Shown piece by piece: positions 56,314-64,000 of a DNA stretch of 64,000 nt (position 1 is the stretch's first letter; each line of letters opens with the position of its first letter). The notes below the pieces were generated by a model. It worked only from the letters and a program-made list of their open reading frames with translations, ran no database searches and was not told the DNA's origin. The stretch spans positions 32,001 through 96,000 of the IMG/VR virus record IMGVR_UViG_3300018495_000076. One strand, 5' to 3'. The position numbers and the translations under genes are program-made. The DNA comes from a virus (taxonomy: Duplodnaviria > Caudoviricetes).

Positions 56314-58785
56314 ATGGCTGATATGATTAAATTTTATAAAGGTTTAGAAGCGTCTCTTCCTGCGTCTGGCGTTAATGGTGCTCTTTATATTACTACTGAC
56401 GAAGGTGCTATTTATCTCGGTACTGGCACTGGTATGAAGAGACTTGGCGACTTTGTTCAGGTTGCAAATGTTGCAGCTCTTCCCGCAAAAGCACATGAAA
56501 GCTGTCTCTACTACTGTGTTGCAGAAAACATTCTTGCTAAATGGAACGGTACTGAATGGAAACAGGTAAACAAACAGCCTACTGTTGAAGAACTTAAGAC
56601 TCTTCTTGGTCTTGGCGATCTGGCTTACAAGTCCGAAGTTGCAGAAAGTGATCTTAATGAAGCACTTGCAGAAAAGATCAATGCTTCTACCGCAGCAAAT
56701 CACTCTCACACAAATAAAGAAGTTCTTGACGGCATTACTGCTGATAAAGTAACTGCCTGGGATTCTGCTGAAAAGAATGCCAAAGACTATGCAGATGGTC
56801 TTGATAAGGCTATGGACGAAAGAGTTAAAGTTGTAGAAGGTACTTCTCACACTCATGACAACAAAGCTCTTCTTGACACTTACACACAGACAGAAGCAGA
56901 TCTTGCTGACGCTGTTGCAAAGAAACACTCTCACACATTTGTTGAATCTGAACTTAACAAAATTGCTGACGGAGATGTTGCTAAATGGAACGCTGCGGAA
57001 AAGAATGCTAAGGATTATGCTGATACTGAACTTGCCAAGAAAGTTGACAAAGTAGAAGGTAAATCTCTTGTTTCTGATACCGAAATCACTAAACTTGCTG
57101 GTGTTTCTGAAGGCGCTAATAAAGTAGAAAAATCTGAAACTAACGGCAATATTAAGATTGATGGCGTTGAAACAGTAGTATATACACACCCTGAAAAACA
57201 TGCTATCGCAGATGTTGATGGTCTTGGCGACGCACTTGCTGGCTTCCAGGTTAAAGGTGACTATGCCGTAGAAGATCACAAACACGTAAAAGCTGACATC
57301 ACTGACTTCGCACATACCCACACTGCTTCTGAAATCACTGACCTTGATGCTACAATCAAAGCATATGATTATGCTACCAAAACCGAAGCACAGGCAATGG
57401 CAGATGGCAAAGATGAAGCAATCGCTGCCGCTAAGAAAGCTGGCGACGATGCTCAGGACACAATCGACGCTTACATTGAATCTAACGACAAAGCACTTGC
57501 TGACGAAGTAAAAGCTCGTGAAGATGGTGACAAAGCAATCAATGATAAGATTGGTGAAGTCGCAGAAGGCTCCACTGTTGTTGGTATGATTAACAAGGTT
57601 GCTGGCGATCTCTCTACTCACGCTACTGAGGCTGGTAATACTTATGAAACCAAGACAGACGCATCTGCTAAACTTGCTGAAGCAAAGAAATATACTGACG
57701 ACAAGATTGCAGAAATCCCTGCTCAGACCGACTACACTGTAACCATCACAGAAAACACTGAGGATACATCTGTTGCTAAGACTTATGTATTCACACAGTG
57801 TGGCACTGAAATTGGTTCTATCAAGCTCGGCAAAGAACTCGTTGTAACCTCTGGTACTGTTAAGGAAGTAGAAACCGCTGACGTTCCTTATGCTGGTGCT
57901 AAAGTTGGCGAAAAATATATCGAACTTGTTATCGCTAACCAGGATACTCCTATCTATGTTCCTGCAAAGGATCTCGTAGATATCTATACTGCTAAAGATG
58001 GTGCTGCAGAAGTTCAGGTTGCTATCAGCAATCTTAACGAAATTTCTGCTACTCTCGTAAATGGTGGCGTTACCGAAGAAAAACTTGCTGAAGGTGTAAA
58101 GACCAAGCTTAACAAAGTATGGGAAGAAGTTGGCGTTGCTCAGGGTCTTGTTGATGGTCTTGCGAATGGTCAGGTAAAAGCTAACAAAGAAGCTATTGAA
58201 GCAATTAATAATACTGAAAATGGTATTCTTGCGCAAGCTAAGGCGGACGCTACATCTAAAGCAAACACTGCTGAAGCAAATGCTAAGAGCCATGCAGACA
58301 CTGAAATTGCTAAAGATAGAGCAAGACTTGACACTCTCGAAGGTAAAGTTGATGTTGAAAAAGTAAGCACCGCTATTAGTGCTGCTGTTGAAGTGGAAAC
58401 TAATCGTGCTACTGGCGTAGAAGAAGGCCTTGCTGGTCGTATCAAAGACCTTGAAGACAACAAGGCTGGCTATGCTACAACTGGCGAAGTTGCTACCGCT
58501 AAGGGCGAAGCAATTGCAGCAGCTGAAACAAAAGCAGGCGAACTTGACGAAGCTCTTAAGACTGAACTTCAGGCTGAAATTGAAGCTGCAAAAACTGATT
58601 CCAATAACAAAGACGCAGTTGTTCTTGCAGAAGCACAGGCTTATGCAGACCAAGCAGAAGCTGACGCCATCGCTTCCGCTGCAACTGACGCTACCAACAA
58701 GGTTAATGCACTTGCGGAAACCGTATACACCAAAGAAGAAGTTGAAGCAATGATTGAAGCTGCTCACACTTGGGGTTCTTTCTAA
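56314..58785 (+). CDS. long Ala-rich fibre protein with HxH repeats
   Basis: repeats H(S/T)H...W.AAEKNAKDYAD; coiled-coil; high-expression codons. Confidence 0.7.
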   Translation: MADMIKFYKGLEASLPASGVNGALYITTDEGAIYLGTGTGMKRLGDFVQVANVAALPAKAHESCLYYCVAENILAKWNGTEWKQVNKQPTVEELKTLLGLGDLAYKSEVAESDLNEALAEKINASTAANHSHTNKEVLDGITADKVTAWDSAEKNAKDYADGLDKAMDERVKVVEGTSHTHDNKALLDTYTQTEADLADAVAKKHSHTFVESELNKIADGDVAKWNAAEKNAKDYADTELAKKVDKVEGKSLVSDTEITKLAGVSEGANKVEKSETNGNIKIDGVETVVYTHPEKHAIADVDGLGDALAGFQVKGDYAVEDHKHVKADITDFAHTHTASEITDLDATIKAYDYATKTEAQAMADGKDEAIAAAKKAGDDAQDTIDAYIESNDKALADEVKAREDGDKAINDKIGEVAEGSTVVGMINKVAGDLSTHATEAGNTYETKTDASAKLAEAKKYTDDKIAEIPAQTDYTVTITENTEDTSVAKTYVFTQCGTEIGSIKLGKELVVTSGTVKEVETADVPYAGAKVGEKYIELVIANQDTPIYVPAKDLVDIYTAKDGAAEVQVAISNLNEISATLVNGGVTEEKLAEGVKTKLNKVWEEVGVAQGLVDGLANGQVKANKEAIEAINNTENGILAQAKADATSKANTAEANAKSHADTEIAKDRARLDTLEGKVDVEKVSTAISAAVEVETNRATGVEEGLAGRIKDLEDNKAGYATTGEVATAKGEAIAAAETKAGELDEALKTELQAEIEAAKTDSNNKDAVVLAEAQAYADQAEADAIASAATDATNKVNALAETVYTKEEVEAMIEAAHTWGSF

Positions 58786-58845
58786 TTATAATATAAACTG
58801 AGGATGGTAAGTTTTTATCATCCTCAGAAAATGGAGGAAAATTTA

Positions 58846-60930
58846 ATGGCAAATATTAAGATTTCTTTTAACGGAACCAAATATGCTGTTGATGAGTCTA
58901 ATGTTGCTCATGCTATCGATGGCTTAAAGACTCATCTTTCAACAAATATGAATGGTTCTGGTTCCACAATTAATTTTGGTGGAACTTCTTATAATATTGA
59001 TTCTACGAAATTATCAACATTTACTAATGACTTTGCTTCTTACCTTGCTACCATTGCCGGTGATGGGTTCAAAGTTGTCGTTAATGGTGTTGAATACGCT
59101 GTTGATATAACAAAAATGAACGACGCAATTTCTGGATTGGGCGTAATGTTCAATGAGATCGGAACTCAAGTTGAAGAAGAGGCAATCCCTGGTTTGTATG
59201 AAACTGGCTCTAATTATACAGTTCTTTTGAAATCGTGGGATGAGTTAGTGTCCGATGGTTATATTGTAGTTGAAAATGGAACTGTTTATCGTGGCAGCGT
59301 TGTTACTGGGTTGCCTAAGAAAAATGAGTACGGATTCTATTATGGTGTACAATATGTAGCTGATTCCTACGGCTACGTTTATAACGAAGATGGCTCTATT
59401 GACTGTTATTATAATGGATCACTAAACGGCAATATGCCTGCTGGGTCAGCTGTTTATGGTCCGTCTAGCATAACTGTTGATGAATGGGGTTCTGTATTTT
59501 CTGTATCTGCTGACGGGAAAAAACTCACCGATAGTTATGGTTCAATGGCTATACCTGGAACGCCTGCGGAACTTTGTGGTGATTTGCTGTTTTCTAAAGA
59601 TGACGCCGTTACATCTATTCCTGATTATGGGTTTGCTGGTTGCGAAAGTCTAACAGGCGTTAGATTTTCGGATAGTATTGTCGAAATTGGCGCATATGCT
59701 TTTAATAGTTGTAATAATTTGAAAACCGTTGTTATTTCTGAAAGCATCATAGACATTCGATATTACGCATTTTCTCAGTGTTCAAATATTTCCAATGTAG
59801 TTTACATGGGGCTTCGACCTCAGTTTATAAGCTCTGTGACATTAGGTTATCGTTGGAACGATGAAACATCGATAGATATGATTCATTGCAGTGATGGCGA
59901 TATGTATCTTGGAAGCATAGGGAGTCCTAATAATTTAGTTTTGAGCGATGACGCTATTTTGTCTTTTGAGCCTGTCAAAGGTGCTATAAAATATGAAATT
60001 CAGGTAGGAAATAATGAACCTTTTTATACCACAGCTACAACTATAGATCTTTCTGATAAAATATTTACAGGAGACAATGAATGTGGAACAATATATATTA
60101 TGGCTATTAGCGAAGAATACGCATTCTATGACTCTTATAACTATTCAATTGAATATGATTATGACTTTATAGGTGGACTTTACGATGAAAACAATGTTAG
60201 AATAGCAACATGGCATACGCTTGTTAATGTTTATGGTTTGAATGTTAGCAACAAATATACATCTAGCAGTTACGCTAGTGAGTCCTCATCTATATATTAT
60301 ATATTAGCAAATCATCCTGAATTAAGTGCGGCAACTAAAATTGTTGTCAGCGATCATGTAGGTTCTATAGGCGCATACGCCTTTTATAGAAGTACTCTTA
60401 AAGATGTTGTAATTGCTGATAACGTTAGTTATATTTATGACGATGCATTCGCACTGTCTAGTATCGAGAGCATATCTTTTGGCGGGCATAGTGAATTATC
60501 ACATATTGGTAGTTACGTATTCAGTAATTGTTCTAACCTAACCAGCATCAACATTCCTTCAGGACTAATGAGCATTGGCGAATACACTTTTAATGCATGC
60601 TCGAAATTAACAGACGTAACTTTTGCAGAAAATGCCGTGATTTATATGATTGGTGAAAATGCGTTCAGAACTTGTTCTAGTCTTAGTAGCATAGAACTAC
60701 CTGAGAGCATTAATAGGATTGAAAAACAGGCATTCTATGGTTGTCACAACATGGAGAGTATAACGGTTAGAGCTACGACACCTCCTACCCTTGGTTCAAG
60801 TGTGTTCTATACTAGCTATGGTTCTAAGTTCTCTGCCATATACGTTCCTGCCGAATCTGTAGAAGCTTACAAGACGGCTTCCGGTTGGAGTTCTTTCACA
60901 GATAAAATCCAAGCAATTCCAGAAAATTAA
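58846..60930 (+). CDS. BspA-type leucine-rich-repeat (LRR_5) adhesin-like protein
   Basis: multiple IGxxAFxxCxxLxxIxxP repeats; C-terminal IYVPAESVEAYKTASGW. Confidence 0.85.
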   Translation: MANIKISFNGTKYAVDESNVAHAIDGLKTHLSTNMNGSGSTINFGGTSYNIDSTKLSTFTNDFASYLATIAGDGFKVVVNGVEYAVDITKMNDAISGLGVMFNEIGTQVEEEAIPGLYETGSNYTVLLKSWDELVSDGYIVVENGTVYRGSVVTGLPKKNEYGFYYGVQYVADSYGYVYNEDGSIDCYYNGSLNGNMPAGSAVYGPSSITVDEWGSVFSVSADGKKLTDSYGSMAIPGTPAELCGDLLFSKDDAVTSIPDYGFAGCESLTGVRFSDSIVEIGAYAFNSCNNLKTVVISESIIDIRYYAFSQCSNISNVVYMGLRPQFISSVTLGYRWNDETSIDMIHCSDGDMYLGSIGSPNNLVLSDDAILSFEPVKGAIKYEIQVGNNEPFYTTATTIDLSDKIFTGDNECGTIYIMAISEEYAFYDSYNYSIEYDYDFIGGLYDENNVRIATWHTLVNVYGLNVSNKYTSSSYASESSSIYYILANHPELSAATKIVVSDHVGSIGAYAFYRSTLKDVVIADNVSYIYDDAFALSSIESISFGGHSELSHIGSYVFSNCSNLTSINIPSGLMSIGEYTFNACSKLTDVTFAENAVIYMIGENAFRTCSSLSSIELPESINRIEKQAFYGCHNMESITVRATTPPTLGSSVFYTSYGSKFSAIYVPAESVEAYKTASGWSSFTDKIQAIPEN

Positions 60931-60947
60931 TATAAAAAATATTACTT

Positions 60948-60978
60948 GGCTAGCGGGATGACTCGCTAGCCCTCTTTT
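60948..60978 (+). terminator. intrinsic terminator
   Basis: GGCTAGCGGG-ATGA-CTCGCTAGCC-CTCTTTT. Confidence 0.65.
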
Positions 60979-61005
60979 AAGTAAAACGAAAGAGAGGTAT
61001 CTCCA

Positions 61006-62862
61006 ATGGATTTATTACGTTTTTTGCGTGGAAAACGCAAATCGTTAAATAGCGCTCCGATGCAAGATGGCAACATTTATGTTTGCACTGATGATGGCAC
61101 CGCGCATTTTGATTATATCGACGATGATGGCAACACGCAAAGGCAACAATTTAATGCTGGTAATGCAGATAGCATTTCTGGTGCAACTTTATCAACATCT
61201 TTAAATCCAAGTGATCAAGAAATACCTACATCAAACGCTATTATTCAATATGGCTATGCAAAAATAGAGAATGTACCTACAAAAGTTAGTCAGTTAGAAA
61301 ATGACTCTAACTTTATAGCTGAAGACCAGGTTGAAGCTTACTTTAAAAGATTGAATTCTGATAACGTGTTAAGATTCTACTGTATTGAAGATGTAACAGT
61401 TGTTATTAACGGAGTTTCTACAGTATATCCTGCAAACTCTAATGTTGAAGTTAAATTTCTAGGTACTGACGTGTGGGAAATTATTCCAACATCTGATAAT
61501 TCTATTATGGCCTTGAACGCATTCCCTGGTGCGCTAGGAACTTACTATTCCTGGCTGGAAGGTGTTAAACAATTTTCTAATATCCTGTTTGATATGAATG
61601 ATGTGGATATGTATTCAAAGTGGAGTCAAGGTAATCAGGGGTCATATCAGGTACAATTTGCACAATACTTAAACTGCATTTTCTGGAGTGATAACCCTTT
61701 TATAAGTGATGTTGCTAAAAGAACAAACTACACGCTATACTACACGTCACAATTACCTTTGTGCTATTCATCTATACCAGACAATACATTTAAAGCCTTT
61801 TATTTAGCTTTTAACGTAAACAGCGACCCTAACTGGGGAAATAAGGCATATCGAGATAGTTTCGCAAAAGCAACGTGGGCAACTCAGGCATTCAGTTACT
61901 ACGGTGCCAGAACAATCGGTATCTTTGGACATGATGATCCTGACTTTAACATTGTATTACCTAAAGACTGTAGAGGTTTAATGTCTGCTGCAACGGCTAT
62001 TGAAAATGCTGGTACCTTTGATGCTATTAATACTACCAACTTCGGTGCAAAATCTGGAAGCTGGCGAGATGCTTTTGGATGGTGCAGTTCATTAAGAAAC
62101 TTATACATTAAAAATCTTAAGGTTAATTTAAATGTATCATGGTCTCCGCTAGAATACGATTCTATTTCTTACATCATTTCAGCAGCAGCAAATACAAATA
62201 GAATAACAATATCTGTTTCACCGTATACATATAACTTATTAAGTCAATCTGATTTTGAGTTAGCTACAAGTAAAAATATTAATATAGAATTAATTACTAG
62301 TAACTATGTTGAGGATAGACGTTTAAGTGCTATCACTAATAAAGCTGATAAAACAGAAGTTCTTTTAAAAACAGAACAAACTTTAACCGACGAAGAATTA
62401 ACCCAGGTTCGTAGGAATTTAAAATTCGTTGGTAAAGATGTTGAAGGTCAAACCTTCACTATTGATGGAACGGAAGTGGTAGCGTCTGCCAATGCTGAAA
62501 TTTTTGGTGATTATGAAAATAATATTGCAACTGGACAGTGGGCTATTGCGGAGGGTTCTAACACAGTAGCTAAAGGTATTGCGTCGCACGCTAAAGGTGA
62601 GGGAACTATTGCTGCTGGTAAAAATCAGACCGCAATGGGTAAGTATAATGTAGAAGATATCACTAGCCTTTTAATAGTTGGCAAAGGAACGAGCGACACT
62701 GATCGTAAAAATGCGTTCCTTGTTGATGGAAACGGAAACGGTTGGTTTTCCGGCAATATTCTGGTTGGCGGAACTGGATTTTCAGACGGAAAGAAAATAT
62801 ACACTCAAGAAGAGGTTGACGCGTTAATTGATGACACGGAAGTTTCTTGGGGAACATTTTAA
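61006..62862 (+). CDS. fibre/adhesin protein with YadA-head-like repeats
   Basis: AEGSNTVAKGIASHAKGEGTIAAG repeats, VGKG...RKNAF; shared N-terminal module. Confidence 0.7.
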   Translation: MDLLRFLRGKRKSLNSAPMQDGNIYVCTDDGTAHFDYIDDDGNTQRQQFNAGNADSISGATLSTSLNPSDQEIPTSNAIIQYGYAKIENVPTKVSQLENDSNFIAEDQVEAYFKRLNSDNVLRFYCIEDVTVVINGVSTVYPANSNVEVKFLGTDVWEIIPTSDNSIMALNAFPGALGTYYSWLEGVKQFSNILFDMNDVDMYSKWSQGNQGSYQVQFAQYLNCIFWSDNPFISDVAKRTNYTLYYTSQLPLCYSSIPDNTFKAFYLAFNVNSDPNWGNKAYRDSFAKATWATQAFSYYGARTIGIFGHDDPDFNIVLPKDCRGLMSAATAIENAGTFDAINTTNFGAKSGSWRDAFGWCSSLRNLYIKNLKVNLNVSWSPLEYDSISYIISAAANTNRITISVSPYTYNLLSQSDFELATSKNINIELITSNYVEDRRLSAITNKADKTEVLLKTEQTLTDEELTQVRRNLKFVGKDVEGQTFTIDGTEVVASANAEIFGDYENNIATGQWAIAEGSNTVAKGIASHAKGEGTIAAGKNQTAMGKYNVEDITSLLIVGKGTSDTDRKNAFLVDGNGNGWFSGNILVGGTGFSDGKKIYTQEEVDALIDDTEVSWGTF

Positions 62863-62919
62863 TATTAAACACAATAAATATTGTGCTAAATTTCTTACTC
62901 AGAGAGGAGATAAAATAAT

Positions 62920-64000
62920 ATGGCACTTTTTAAACCGTTTCGTGGAGCACGCGCAGACTTGCCTGCAGAAAAGCATGATGGTTATGCTTATTTTTGCACG
63001 GATGACGGCACTTTCCACATAGACTATATAGATGAAAATGGTGTTTTACAAAGAAAACAAGTGTGTGCTAATAGCACGCCTGGTGGTGGGATAAGTATTG
63101 ATGAAGTAAACAACCTCATTGATGTACATAATGTTGACACAGAAGCCCACAATGACATTCGAACATCTATGGACAATGTAAATGTACGTTTAGATGTTCA
63201 TGATGATATTATTGATAATTCAATAATGATTGATAAGAGTTTTGGTAATGGTCCAGACACCGTAGCAGAGGGCGACCATACCCATGGAAATCTTGAGCTA
63301 CAGATGCAGTCAATTGAAGACATTATTAATATTGATTATAACGACAAATCCGAGGCAGTTGAATTCTTTACTGATATAACCCCTTCTTACACTTTGTGGG
63401 AAGCAAGCGACCCATCCTTGGTTACCGATGTTGAAATTAGTGATGGTAAGTATGTATGTACCTCAAACACTGTTGAAGAAGGTATTAAAACTGGTTCAAT
63501 GTATGACATGGTTGACCTTGTAAAAGGTAAGACTATTGTTGCTGTGGCAAACATAAGCTCAGAAAATTATACCTTATATGTTAAGATGTATAATGGTACA
63601 GCATGGTCATTTGGTAGGGTAAAAAAGAACAACAAAGTAGTTTCTATAGATGTACCGGAAAACCTTGTAAATTTTAAATTAGGATTAGAGTGTAACGGTA
63701 CTGGAGAGACACCAGAAACTTGTGAAATGACTAACTTTGCATTGTATATCGTTAACGATGTTTCGATAACAAGTACTGCGCATATTCCTAATCGTAATTA
63801 TACTATTTGGTCATGGGGCGATGAAGGCATAAAAGACCCAGAAGGTTTTGCTGCTTTTTGCAAGTCTTACAGAATTAATCGTGTATATCAGAGCATGTAT
63901 GATGACTGGGTAACATATTCTATTAAAACTTTTGTAGGTACAATGCAAAAAAATAAGATACTTGTTAACTGGCTAGCAGGTGAGGCAAACTGGATATTGA
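62920..64000 (+). CDS. fibre/appendage protein (partial, runs off the window)
   Basis: SD GAGGAG; MALFKPFRG...YAYFCTDDG module; frame appears open to the window end. Confidence 0.75.
   Translation, partial: MALFKPFRGARADLPAEKHDGYAYFCTDDGTFHIDYIDENGVLQRKQVCANSTPGGGISIDEVNNLIDVHNVDTEAHNDIRTSMDNVNVRLDVHDDIIDNSIMIDKSFGNGPDTVAEGDHTHGNLELQMQSIEDIINIDYNDKSEAVEFFTDITPSYTLWEASDPSLVTDVEISDGKYVCTSNTVEEGIKTGSMYDMVDLVKGKTIVAVANISSENYTLYVKMYNGTAWSFGRVKKNNKVVSIDVPENLVNFKLGLECNGTGETPETCEMTNFALYIVNDVSITSTAHIPNRNYTIWSWGDEGIKDPEGFAAFCKSYRINRVYQSMYDDWVTYSIKTFVGTMQKNKILVNWLAGEANWIL

Noticed and set aside
56344-58767. 807-aa antisense ORF opposite the fibre gene
   Set aside because: Shadow of strong codon bias in the plus-strand gene; Ser/Phe/Cys-rich composition and no SD.
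1-64000. Stop-codon reassignment
   Set aside because: Long genes are intact in code 11, TAG and TGA both end genes at sensible boundaries, and there is no suppressor tRNA.
58846-64000. Diversity-generating retroelement targeting the adhesins
   Set aside because: No reverse transcriptase and no TR/VR pair seen in this window.

Overview
A 64-kb segment of a large SPbeta-like Firmicutes (probably Clostridia) phage genome. The left arm (1-23.1 kb, minus strand) holds about 50 small, mostly hypothetical early genes. A roughly 0.75-kb non-coding, strand-skewed divergence region follows. The right arm (plus strand) carries small accessory genes, a YonO-like single-subunit two-barrel RNA polymerase, a tRNA cluster (7 tRNAs plus one tRNA-like RNA), HU-like and YonK/YonJ-like genes, terminase, portal, protease/scaffold, capsid, neck and tail-tube genes, and a series of fibre/adhesin genes that runs off the right end. 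The main discovery is in the promoter-proximal part of the leftward operon (18.2-23.2 kb). Nearly every intergenic space there follows one layout: stop codon, 3' pseudoknot or hairpin, self-cleaving ribozyme, 5' hairpin, Shine-Dalgarno. Five consecutive junctions carry a twister, a pistol, a hammerhead, a minimal HDV-like and a full HDV-like ribozyme, and a variant-core hammerhead lies further downstream. Two other junctions in the same slot hold structured RNAs I could not assign, which makes them candidate new ribozymes. All RNA folds were derived by eye, and protein calls come from motifs and synteny without database searches.
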